Below, piece after piece: positions 30,202-38,824 of a stretch of 64,000 nt of DNA (its first letter is position 1; every line of letters begins with the position of its first letter). Made by a program: the position numbers and the translations under genes. The stretch is from an uncultured Actinomycetota bacterium (GTDB lineage: Bacteria; Actinomycetota; Acidimicrobiia; Acidimicrobiales; RAAP-2): positions 44,424 to 108,423 of the forward strand of contig CAWGBL010000005.1 in the NCBI GenBank assembly GCA_963820815.1, in the 5' to 3' direction. Below the pieces are notes generated by a model that ran no database searches, had not been told where the DNA came from, and worked only from the letters and a program-made list of their open reading frames with translations.

Positions 30202-31757
30202 GCCACGGCCGCCGCGTCCTGTCCATCGCCGGCGGCACGCTGGCCAGCCGCGCCACCGGGCTCGTCCGGGTCCTCGTGCTCGCCTGGGTGCTCGGGTTCA
30301 CGCCCATCGCCGACTCGTTCAACCTGGCCAACACCGTGCCCAACATGCTCTTCGACCTCGTGCTGGGCGGCGTCGCGTCGGCGACCTTCATCCCGGTCTT
30401 CGTCGAGCGCCTGGCGGTCGACGGCGAGCGCCGGGCCTGGCGCTCGATCTCGAGCGTGGTCACCGCGTCGACGATCGTGCTGGCCGTCGCGTCGGCGCTG
30501 GCCTGGGTCGCCGCGCCCGGGATCGTCGACGGCTTCACCGCGCTCGCGCACTCGAGCACGACCGTCGCGGGCCAGCGCGGCCTGGCCACCAGCCTGCTGC
30601 GCTGGTTCGCGCCGCAGATCTTCTTCTACGGGCTGATCGGGATCTCGAGCGCGCTGCTCAACGTGCGCCAGCGCTTCGCCGCGGTCGCCTGGGTCCCGGT
30701 CGCCAACAACCTCGTGTGCGTCGCGGTGCTCGTCTGGTTCCACCTGGTCGACCCGTCGCCCACCCTCTCGGGGCTCGGCGGGTCGCGGCCGCTCCTCCTG
30801 CTCGGCCTGGGCACGACCGTCGGGGTCGCCATCCAGTTCTGCTGCCTCGCGCCGTCGCTGGCGCGCGCCAGCCTGTGGCGCCTCAGCCCGCGCCTCGACC
30901 TGGCCGACCCGGCGGTGCGCACGGTCGCGCGCCTGGGCGGCTGGACCCTGCTCGTCGTCGTGGCCAACCAGGCCGCGCTCTACGTGGTGCTGGCCTTCGC
31001 CTTCGGCATCGGGGGCAGCGGGCCGGTCTCGGCCTACACCTACGGGTGGTCCTTCATGCAGATGCCCTACGCGGTCGTCGTGGTGTCGGTGCTGGCCGCG
31101 CTCACCCCGCAGCTCGCGGGACTCTCCACCGCCGGCGACCTCGCCGCGCTGGCCGAGCGGCTGCGCTTCGGCCTGCGCCAGAGCCTGGTGATCATCGTGC
31201 CGTGCGCGCTGGTGCTGATGCTGCTGGCCCAGCCGCTCGTGGCCATCGCGCTCAACCGCGCCGACGGCTCGACGCGCCTGGGCGCGGGCGTCGTGCTCGC
31301 GGTGCTCGCGGCCGGGCTGCCCGGCTTCACCGTCTTCCAGCTCTGCGTGCGCGGGCTGCAGTCGATGCAGCGCGCGCGCGACGTGTTCGTCCTGTACGTC
31401 GTGGAGAACGGCGCCAACGTCGTGCTGGCCGCGCTGATCGGGCGCCACTCGCTGGCCGGGCTGACCGCCAGCGTGTCGATCGCCTACACCGGGGCCGCGG
31501 TGCTGGCCCTGGCGGCGCTCGCCGCGCGCGGGGTCCCGATCGCCGGGGCGGTGTGGAGCCGGCACGTGCGCCGCAGCGTCTACGCGTCCCTGGCCGCCGC
31601 CGCGGCCACGGCGGCCGTCTACGCCGCGTCCGGCGCCGACCGCGGGTCGGGCCTGGTCGAGCGCTTCGCCCTGGCGCTGGCCGCCGGGGCGGCGGTCTTC
31701 GTCGTCGGCGTCGCCCTGGGCAGCCGTCGCGTGGACCGGCGGCGCCCGATGGTGTAA
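30198..31757 (+). CDS. murJ: Lipid II flippase MurJ (MviN)
   Basis: GTLASRATGLVR, ANTVPNMLFDLVLGG, FAPQIFFYG, QMPY; many TM segments. Confidence 0.92.
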   Translation: MSHGRRVLSIAGGTLASRATGLVRVLVLAWVLGFTPIADSFNLANTVPNMLFDLVLGGVASATFIPVFVERLAVDGERRAWRSISSVVTASTIVLAVASALAWVAAPGIVDGFTALAHSSTTVAGQRGLATSLLRWFAPQIFFYGLIGISSALLNVRQRFAAVAWVPVANNLVCVAVLVWFHLVDPSPTLSGLGGSRPLLLLGLGTTVGVAIQFCCLAPSLARASLWRLSPRLDLADPAVRTVARLGGWTLLVVVANQAALYVVLAFAFGIGGSGPVSAYTYGWSFMQMPYAVVVVSVLAALTPQLAGLSTAGDLAALAERLRFGLRQSLVIIVPCALVLMLLAQPLVAIALNRADGSTRLGAGVVLAVLAAGLPGFTVFQLCVRGLQSMQRARDVFVLYVVENGANVVLAALIGRHSLAGLTASVSIAYTGAAVLALAALAARGVPIAGAVWSRHVRRSVYASLAAAAATAAVYAASGADRGSGLVERFALALAAGAAVFVVGVALGSRRVDRRRPMV

Positions 31758-31783
31758 GGCTGTCGCCGACGAGGGGGTTCGAC

Positions 31784-32617
31784 GTGACCGTCGCGGTGAT
31801 TACCGACAGCGCCTGCGACCTGCCGGTGGAGATCGCCCAGACCCTGGGCGTGGAGGTGGTCTCGCTGACCATCCGCTTCGGCGAGGAGGAGTTCGTCGAC
31901 CGCGTCGACCTCTCCCCCGCCCAGTTCTGGGCCAAGTGCAAGGCCTCCAAGGACCTGCCCGAGACCGCGGCGCCGAGCCCCGGCGCCTTCCAGGTCGCCT
32001 ACCAGAGGGCGCGCGACGCGGGGTGCGACGCCGCGATCGTCCTCACGCTCTCGGCCGCGCTCTCGGCGACCAACCAGTCGGCGACGCTGGCGGCGTTCAG
32101 CGTGCCCGGGCTGAGCGTGCGCGTCGTGGACACCCGGTCGGTGACGATGGCCCAGGGCATCCTCGTGATGGACGTCGCCGAGCGCGCCGCGGCCGGCGCG
32201 TCGCTCGACGAGCTCGTCGCCTTCGCCGAGGCCAAGCGCGACCGCCTCGGGGTCTGCGCGATGCTCGGCACCCTCGACCACCTGGTCAAGGGCGGCCGGG
32301 TCGGCGGGGCGCGGGCCCTGCTCGGCCAGGTGCTCTCGATCAAGCCGCTGCTCGAGCTCAAGGACGGCCTCGTCGCCGAGGCCGGCCGCCAGCGAACGAC
32401 CGCGCGCGCGCTCGCCACGGTCGCCGCCGCGGCGCGGGCCCAGGCGCCGCTCGAGCGCCTCGCGCTCGTCCACGGCGACAGCCCACTCGTCGAGTCGTTC
32501 GCCGCCTCGGTCGCCGACATCGTGACCGCGACGCCGCTCATCATCTCGGACATCGGACCGACCGTCGGCACCCACGCCGGGCCGGGCATCATCGGCCTGT
32601 GCTGGGCCCAGCCCTAG
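31784..32617 (+). CDS. DegV/FakB fatty-acid-binding protein
   Basis: [48 protein letters not shown]. Confidence 0.92.
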   Translation: MTVAVITDSACDLPVEIAQTLGVEVVSLTIRFGEEEFVDRVDLSPAQFWAKCKASKDLPETAAPSPGAFQVAYQRARDAGCDAAIVLTLSAALSATNQSATLAAFSVPGLSVRVVDTRSVTMAQGILVMDVAERAAAGASLDELVAFAEAKRDRLGVCAMLGTLDHLVKGGRVGGARALLGQVLSIKPLLELKDGLVAEAGRQRTTARALATVAAAARAQAPLERLALVHGDSPLVESFAASVADIVTATPLIISDIGPTVGTHAGPGIIGLCWAQP

Positions 32618-32640
32618 GGCCCCGCCGTTAGGCTCGACCC

Positions 32641-32958
32641 GTGAGCGACGCCACTCCCCCGGGCCGCGGACAGGACACCGTCGACCAGGCGCTCGGCGCC
32701 CTCGACCACGCGCTCGACCTCGTCCACGACAAGGTCCTGCGGCCCCTCATCATCGCCGGGCGCGTCGTCGCGTTCGGCCTGATCATCGCGCTCTGCGCGC
32801 TGGTGCTGGCCGTCGCCCTGGTGCTCGGGCTCTCGCGCCTGCTCACCGTCTGGCTCTTCGCCGGCCACGTCTGGATCACCGACGGCGCGCTCGGCGCGCT
32901 CTTCGTCGCCGCCGGCATGGTCGTCTGGCGCCGGCGGCGCCCCGCGAAGAGGGCCTAG
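32641..32958 (+). CDS. Small two-TM membrane protein
   Basis: Two hydrophobic helices and basic tail; TAGGCT 6 nt upstream; stop overlaps the trxB start. Confidence 0.7.
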   Translation: MSDATPPGRGQDTVDQALGALDHALDLVHDKVLRPLIIAGRVVAFGLIIALCALVLAVALVLGLSRLLTVWLFAGHVWITDGALGALFVAAGMVVWRRRRPAKRA

Positions 32959-33913
32959 TGGCCGAGCACCGCCGGGTGATCGTGGTGGGGTCCGGCCCGG
33001 CCGGGCTGACCGCCGCCGTCTACGCCGCGCGCGCCCTGCTCGAGCCCCTCGTGCTGGCCGGCGAGCCCTCGTCGACCTCGGACCAGCCGGGCGGCCAGCT
33101 GATGCTCACGACCGACATCGAGAACTTCCCGGGCTTCCCGGCCGCCATCACCGGGCCCGAGCTCATGGCCGCCATGCGCGAGCAGGCGCTGCGCTTCGGC
33201 GCGACCTGCGCGACGTCAAGGCGACGCGCATCGACGCGACGTCGCGCCCGTTCCGCATCAGCGTCTCGGGCGACGACGAGCCGAGCCTCAGCGCCGACGC
33301 CGTGATCCTGGCCACCGGCGCGCGCTCGCTGATGCTCGGGGTCCCGGGCGAGGACCGACTGCTCAGCCACGGGCTCTCCACCTGCGCGACCTGCGACGGC
33401 TTCTTCTTCCGCGGCCAGGACATCGCCGTGGTCGGCGGCGGCGACTCCGCGCTCGAGGAGGCGACGTTCCTGACGCGCTTCGCGTCGAGCGTGACGATCG
33501 TCCACCGGCGCGACGAGCTGCGCGCCTCCAAGATCATGCGCGAGCGCGCCTTCGCCAACGAGAAGATCCGCTTCGCCTGGAACAGCCGGGTCGTCGAGGT
33601 CCTGGGCGACGACCGGGTCGCCGGGCTGCGCGTGGCCGACACGCTGACCGGCGCCGAGCGCGACCTGCCCGTCACGGGGGTCTTCGTCGCCATCGGCCAC
33701 GAGCCCAACACCGCGGTCGTCACCGACGTCCTGGCCCTCGAGGGCACCGGCTACGTCAAGGTCGCCGGCACCAGCTCCTACACCTCGGTCGAGGGCATCT
33801 TCGCCTGCGGCGACGTGGACGACCACGTCTACCGCCAGGCGATCACCGCCGCCGGGTCGGGCTGCGTCGCGGCCATCGACGCCGAGCGCTGGCTCGAGGC
33901 GCAGGGCCGCTAG
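32958..33913 (+). CDS. trxB: Thioredoxin reductase (indel near 33205)
   Basis: [53 protein letters not shown]. Confidence 0.95.
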
Positions 33914-33961
33914 CGGCCCCCGGTAGGCTGGCCGCCGCGGCGCCGCCGCAGGAGGCAGATC

Positions 33962-34288
33962 ATGAGTGAGCGCATCGCGACCCTGACCGACGCGACCTTC
34001 GACGAGGTCGTCGGCTCGTCCGACAAGCCGATCCTGGTGGACTTCTGGGCCGAGTGGTGCGGGCCGTGCAAGCTGATCGCCCCCATCCTCGAGGAGCTGG
34101 CCGACGAGCAGGCCGACCGCTTCAGCGTCGGCAAGCTCGACGTCGACTCCAACGTGGCGACGGCCACCAAGTTCTCGGTGATGAGCATCCCGACCCTCCT
34201 GCTGTTCAAGGACGGCCAGGTGGTCGCCCGCCTGGTGGGCGCCAAGCCCAAGGGCGCGCTGCTCAACGAGATCACCTCGTACCTCTAG
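33962..34288 (+). CDS. trxA: Thioredoxin
   Basis: [16 protein letters not shown]; AGGAGG RBS. Confidence 0.97.
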   Translation: MSERIATLTDATFDEVVGSSDKPILVDFWAEWCGPCKLIAPILEELADEQADRFSVGKLDVDSNVATATKFSVMSIPTLLLFKDGQVVARLVGAKPKGALLNEITSYL

Positions 34289-34292
34289 GCCC

Positions 34293-35219
34293 GTGGCCGC
34301 GATCGCCCGCGGCGAGCGGTCCGAGCGCGTCGCCGAGCTCCACCTGCGCCTGGCCGACCTCGGCTTCGCCGCGGCCGACGAGCCCGGCGACTACGGCGAC
34401 GCCACCGCCGCCACGGTCGAGGCCTTCCAGCGCTCGCGCGGGCTCGCGCTGACCGGCGAGGTCGACGACACCACCTGGGACCGCCTGGTCGAGGCCGGCT
34501 GGCGCCTGGGCGCGCGCCTCCTCTACCCCGCGTCCCCGGCCCTGCGCGGTGACGACGTCGCCGAGCTCCAGACGCGCCTGGCCCAGCTGGGCTTCGACCC
34601 CGGCCGCGTCGACGGCATCTTCGGCCCCGTCACCGCGGCCGCGCTGCGCGACTTTCAGCGCAACCGCTCGCTGCCCGAGGACGCGACGCTCAACCGCGCG
34701 ACCCTCAACGACGTGCTGCGCCTCTCGACCTGGGCGACCGACCGGCGCCTGGTCACCGACGTGCGCGACATCTCGTCGATCCCGCGCGGCTCGGGCCGCG
34801 TCGTCGTCGGGGGCGCCGGCGACCTGGCCGACCACGTGGCCCAGGTGCTCGCCGCGACCCTCGAGGTCGAGCGCGTGGCCGGCGCGCCCGAGGACCAGGC
34901 CGCGGCCGCCAACGCCGGCGACGCCGAGCTCCTGCTCGCCTTCGAGCCCGACGCGGCCGTCGAGGGCCTGCGGGTCCACTACTGGGCCAGCTACCGCTCC
35001 CACTCGCGCCGCGGCGACCAGCTGGCCGGCGAGATCGCCGGGGAGCTGGCCCGCTCCGGGACCCTCACCCGCGTCGAGGTCACGGGAATGGCCCTGCCGG
35101 TCCTGCGCGAGACGCGCATGACCACGCTGCACCTCGCCCACGGCGGCCTGACCCCGGACGCCCTCTACGGGGTCGCCTGCGACCTCACCCGCGCGGTCAC
35201 CCGGTTTATCCACAGGTAG
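34293..35219 (+). CDS. CwlM-like protein: two peptidoglycan-binding domains plus degenerate amidase domain
   Basis: AVEAFQRSRGLALTGEVD, GDDVAELQTRLAQLGFDPGRVDGIFG, LRETRMT; located after trxA. Confidence 0.8.
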   Translation: MAAIARGERSERVAELHLRLADLGFAAADEPGDYGDATAATVEAFQRSRGLALTGEVDDTTWDRLVEAGWRLGARLLYPASPALRGDDVAELQTRLAQLGFDPGRVDGIFGPVTAAALRDFQRNRSLPEDATLNRATLNDVLRLSTWATDRRLVTDVRDISSIPRGSGRVVVGGAGDLADHVAQVLAATLEVERVAGAPEDQAAAANAGDAELLLAFEPDAAVEGLRVHYWASYRSHSRRGDQLAGEIAGELARSGTLTRVEVTGMALPVLRETRMTTLHLAHGGLTPDALYGVACDLTRAVTRFIHR

Positions 35220-35322
35220 GGGGTGACAAGCGCCGCCCAAAGCGCGGCGTTCGCCCCTGAAAAGCCTTCAAATCATTGGGAAACGCGAGTAACCCACAAC
35301 TTCATCCACAACTTGGGGATAA
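35206..35322. promoter_or_regulatory. DnaA-box cluster outside oriC
   Basis: TTATCCACA 35206-35214 (perfect), TAACCCACA 35290-35298, TCATCCACA 35302-35310, TGGGGATAA 35314-35322. Confidence 0.7.
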
Positions 35323-35358
35323 CCTCAACCAGAGGGTCAGGGTTGAGGGTTGAGGGTC
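35321..35358 (+). repeat. AGGGTY tandem repeat with inverted AACCTCAACC arm
   Basis: AACCTCAACC-AG-AGGGTC-AGGGTTG-AGGGTTG-AGGGTC. Confidence 0.7.
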
Positions 35359-36280
35359 ACGACCGCTTGGTGACCCGGGCGTAGATCCGTTCGAGGTCGT
35401 CGAGGTCCGCGAAGTCGATGATGATGCGCCCGTTGCGGCCCTTGAGGTCCACGTGGACCCGGGTGTCGAGGAAGTCCTCGAGGAGCTGCTCGAGCTCGGC
35501 CACCGACGCGTCGGGCACCGGGCGCAGGCGCGGCACCCCCGCCTCGGGCCGCGGCGCGCCCGACGCCAGCGGCGCCGGACGGGGCTCGAGGAACGCCTTG
35601 ACCGCCTCCTCGGTCGCCCGGACCGACAGGTCGTTCTTGATGACGCGCGCCACCATGGTCGCCTGGGCCGCCGGGTCGGCGATGCCCAGCAGCGAGCGGG
35701 CGTGGCCGGCGGTGATCTGCCCGCCGACGAGCGCCGCCTGGCCCGCCTCGCCCAGTTGGAGCAGTCGTAACGTGTTCGTAACATTCGCCCGGCTCTTGCC
35801 GACCCGCTGGGCGACCTGCTCGTGGGTGAGGGCGAACTCGTTGATGAGCTGCTGGTAGGCGGCGGCCTCCTCCAGCGGCGAGAGGTCGATGCGGTGCAGG
35901 TTCTCGACCACCGCCTGCTCGAGGCTCAGCCGGTCGTTGACCTCGTCCTGGACGAGGACGGTGATCGTCTCGAGCCCGGCCATCGTCGCCGCGCGCCAGC
36001 GGCGCTCGCCGGCGATGAGCTCGAAGGTGCCGGGCGCGCCCTCGACCGGGCGCACGATCAGCGGCTGGAGGACGCCGATCTCCTTGACCGAGGCCGCCAG
36101 GGACTCGAGGCTCTCGTCGCTGAAGGAGCGGCGGGGCTGGTAGGGGTTAGGGCGGATCGAGGTCAGGGTCACCGTGCGCAGGGGACCGACGGCCGCCTCG
36201 GCCGGGGCGGGGGCCTCGGGGGTCTGGTTCTCGGGGATCAGGGCCCCGAGGCCCTTACCCAGTCCTGGCTTCCTGGCCAT
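35357..36280 (-). CDS. parB: Chromosome partitioning protein ParB/Spo0J
   Basis: GLGKGLGALI, NPYQPR, GVLQP, IAGERRWRAA, VENLHR, HTH region. Confidence 0.96.
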   Translation of the reverse strand: MARKPGLGKGLGALIPENQTPEAPAPAEAAVGPLRTVTLTSIRPNPYQPRRSFSDESLESLAASVKEIGVLQPLIVRPVEGAPGTFELIAGERRWRAATMAGLETITVLVQDEVNDRLSLEQAVVENLHRIDLSPLEEAAAYQQLINEFALTHEQVAQRVGKSRANVTNTLRLLQLGEAGQAALVGGQITAGHARSLLGIADPAAQATMVARVIKNDLSVRATEEAVKAFLEPRPAPLASGAPRPEAGVPRLRPVPDASVAELEQLLEDFLDTRVHVDLKGRNGRIIIDFADLDDLERIYARVTKRS

Positions 36281-37046
36281 GGCTGATCTCCTCTGCTAAC
36301 GCCCGGTAGGCCTTGGCGCCCTTCGAGGCGGGGTCGAACACGGTGATGGGCTGGCCGAAGGACGGGGCCTCGGCCAGGCGGACGGTGCGCGGGACGACGG
36401 TCCGGCACAGCTCGCTGGGGAAGTGGCGGCGGACCTCCTCGGCCACGTCGCTCGAGAGCGTGTTGCGCGAGTCGTACATGGTCAGGACGACGATCGAGAT
36501 CTTCAGGGCGGCGTTGAGGTTCTTCTGGACCAGCTCGACGATCCGGCGCAGCTGGGTGAGGCCCTCGAGCGCGTAGAACTCGGTCTGGACCGGAACCAGG
36601 ATCTCGGTGGCCGCGGCGAAGGCGTTGATGGTGATGAGACCCAGCGACGGGGGGCAGTCGATGAAGATGAAGTCGAAGTCGCCGTCGACCGAGTCGAGGC
36701 TGCGCATCAGCCGCAGCTCGCGGCTGATCACCGAGGTGAGCTCCTGCTCGACCCCGGCCAGGTCAAGCGTCGCCGGGGCGACGAAGAGGTTGGCGAAGCC
36801 CGTCGGCTCGACGATGTCGACCATGGGGACGTCGTTGATCAGCACGTCGTAGACGGATCGCTCGAACTTCCTGCCGTCCACGCCCAGGCCGGTCGTCGCG
36901 TTGCCCTGGGGATCCAGATCGACGACCAGGACCCGGTGGCCGCGCTCGGCCAGCGCCGCTCCCAGGGAGATCACCGTCGTGGTCTTGCCGACCCCGCCCT
37001 TCTGGTTGGCGACGGCGATGACCCTGGTCGAGCTGGCATCCGCCAT
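36255..37046 (-). CDS. parA: Chromosome partitioning ATPase ParA/Soj
   Basis: ANQKGGVGKTTT, DLDPQGNAT, DCPPSLG, EFYALEG, RLAEAPSFG. Confidence 0.96.
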   Translation of the reverse strand: MADASSTRVIAVANQKGGVGKTTTVISLGAALAERGHRVLVVDLDPQGNATTGLGVDGRKFERSVYDVLINDVPMVDIVEPTGFANLFVAPATLDLAGVEQELTSVISRELRLMRSLDSVDGDFDFIFIDCPPSLGLITINAFAAATEILVPVQTEFYALEGLTQLRRIVELVQKNLNAALKISIVVLTMYDSRNTLSSDVAEEVRRHFPSELCRTVVPRTVRLAEAPSFGQPITVFDPASKGAKAYRALAEEISHGQEARTG

Positions 37047-37092
37047 GGGCCTCTTTCCGACAGCCGCGCCCGCGGGCCGGGCGCACCACGCC

Positions 37093-37121
37093 ATTCAACA
37101 CGGTCCGGCCGAAAACGTCAA
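37093..37121 (-). promoter_or_regulatory. Putative sigma-A promoter of parAB
   Basis: Minus strand TTGACG-17 nt-TTGAAT, adjacent to the first parS. Confidence 0.45.
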
Positions 37122-37128
37122 GTACCGG

Positions 37129-37144
37129 TGTTTCACGTGAAACA
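37129..37144. other. parS site 1
   Basis: Perfect TGTTTCACGTGAAACA. Confidence 0.95.
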
Positions 37145-37164
37145 TCAGGTACTCCACACGTGTG

Positions 37165-37180
37165 GGTTTCACGTGAAACA
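37165..37180. other. parS site 2
   Basis: GGTTTCACGTGAAACA. Confidence 0.93.
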
Positions 37181-37251
37181 TGCTGGCGCCGTCGCGAATC
37201 CCCTGGACCGAACGGGTTTTCGCCTGGGCTCGACGACGGTCGGGCCGGCGG

Positions 37252-37267
37252 TGTTTCACGTGAAACA
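37252..37267. other. parS site 3
   Basis: Perfect TGTTTCACGTGAAACA. Confidence 0.95.
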
Positions 37268-37307
37268 GTCCGATCCGGGAGTCATTGACGGGCCCAGCCA
37301 GGACCCG

Positions 37308-37323
37308 TGTTTCACGTGAAACG
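37308..37323. other. parS site 4
   Basis: TGTTTCACGTGAAACG, abutting the rsmG stop. Confidence 0.93.
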
Positions 37324-37947
37324 TCAGAACAGGGGTCGCTTGGCGGGACGGCCGACCGCCCGGGGGTACTGGTCCGGGGTCTCGGCGACCTTTTCGAGCA
37401 CTTGGAAGGCCGCGCCCTGGCGCTCGCGACCCCGTGGCGCCCATCCCAGCTCCGCCAGCGGCCCAATGGGCCACCGCTCGACGGAGTCCTCCACCGGCGG
37501 CTCCGAGACGATCAGCCACCCGCCGACGGTGGCGAAGCGGGCCGCGCACTCGGCCACGACCGCCGGACGGCCGAAGGACCGGGCGACGATCAGCTCGAAG
37601 GATCCCTCGAGCCCCGGGCGGCGGGCGGCGGCCTCGGCCCGTCCGGTCACCACGTCGACCCCGCCCGGGGCCCCCGGGCGGGCCAGGACCTCGAGCAGGT
37701 ACGCCGTGCGCCGGACCGTGGCGTCCAGCAGGACGCTGGGGGAGCGCCAGCGCTCGGCCAGGACGAGGCCCGGCAGCCCGCCGCCCGTCCCCAGGTCGAG
37801 GAGTCGCGAGGGGGGCCGGGGATGGACCCCCTCCCACACCAGGGCGAAACCCTCGGCGTGCTCGATCTGGGGGTCCAGGGCCCCGGGGCCTAGGAAACCC
37901 AGGTGTCGGGACTCCTCGAGGGCTCGCCGGAGCCAGGCCGACGCCAC
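37324..37947 (-). CDS. rsmG: 16S rRNA m7G methyltransferase RsmG/GidB
   Basis: LDLGTGGGLPGL, GRAE, ARSF, YPRAVGRPAKRPL. Confidence 0.9.
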   Translation of the reverse strand: MASAWLRRALEESRHLGFLGPGALDPQIEHAEGFALVWEGVHPRPPSRLLDLGTGGGLPGLVLAERWRSPSVLLDATVRRTAYLLEVLARPGAPGGVDVVTGRAEAAARRPGLEGSFELIVARSFGRPAVVAECAARFATVGGWLIVSEPPVEDSVERWPIGPLAELGWAPRGRERQGAAFQVLEKVAETPDQYPRAVGRPAKRPLF

Positions 37948-37960
37948 GTCCGGGCCGGCC

Positions 37961-38821
37961 CTAGGCCGGCGCCACCACCACGAAGCGCCGGGGCTCCTCG
38001 CCCTCGGAGCGCGTGACGACCTGGGTCGAGTCGGTCAGGGCGTCGTGGACCGCCTTGCGGTCCGCGGCGGACATGGGCTCGAGCGCGCGCTCCTCGCCGG
38101 TCTCCACCACCTCGGCCGCGACCTGCTGGGCGAAGCGGCCCAGCGCGGCCACGCGGCGCTCGCGGTAGCGGGCCACGTCGACGCGGATCCGGTCGGTCCG
38201 GCTCGGGCTCTTGGCCTGGACGACCGTCCGGGTGACCTCCTGGAGGGCTTGGAGCGTCGTCCCGCGCGGCCCGACGAGGACGCCGAGCTCGGTCGGCGGG
38301 TCGGCGTCGACCGAGACCTCGATCGTCTCTTCGTCGACCTCCTTGAACGAAACACTCGCGTGAATGTTCATGGATGCCAGGAGACCCTCAAGGAAACCCT
38401 TGGCGATCTCGCCCTGCTCGGCCAGTGTGATTCCCTCGGCCATCGTGTCCTCCTTCACCGACTTCGCCGCGACGGGCGCCTTGGCGCGCCGCGCGGGCTC
38501 TCGCTCGCCCCGGGGGGCGGGCCTCGACGACGACCGCGGCGCGGTCGCGCGCTCCGGGCGCGCGCCGGGGCGCGACCCGCCGTTGGAGCGGGCGCCCTCG
38601 CGCTCGCGCGGCCCGCCGGACCGGCGCGACCGCTTGGGCCGCGGCCCGCTCGGGCGGACCCGGGCTCGCACGCGGGCCTCGCCGCGCACCCGGCCGAACA
38701 TCCCGGCCTTGGGCTCCTCGATGACTTCGATCTCGGCGTCGTCTCGGTGCACGCCCAGGTGCGCCAGTGCGCGCTCCGTGGCCTCGTCGACGTTCTTGCC
38801 GGTGGTCTCGACCCAGTCCAT
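37961..38821 (-). CDS. jag: Jag/KhpB (EloR) RNA-binding protein
   Basis: Jag_N (ETTGKNVDEA), KH (LVGPRGTTLQALQ), R3H (LEPMSAADRKAVHDAL, SEGEEPRR). Confidence 0.93.
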   Translation of the reverse strand: MDWVETTGKNVDEATERALAHLGVHRDDAEIEVIEEPKAGMFGRVRGEARVRARVRPSGPRPKRSRRSGGPREREGARSNGGSRPGARPERATAPRSSSRPAPRGEREPARRAKAPVAAKSVKEDTMAEGITLAEQGEIAKGFLEGLLASMNIHASVSFKEVDEETIEVSVDADPPTELGVLVGPRGTTLQALQEVTRTVVQAKSPSRTDRIRVDVARYRERRVAALGRFAQQVAAEVVETGEERALEPMSAADRKAVHDALTDSTQVVTRSEGEEPRRFVVVAPA

Positions 38822-38824
38822 GGG

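Noticed and set aside
37129-37323. Repeated 16-mer as a mini CRISPR array
   Set aside because: It is the canonical parS palindrome, spacing is irregular, and no cas genes are present
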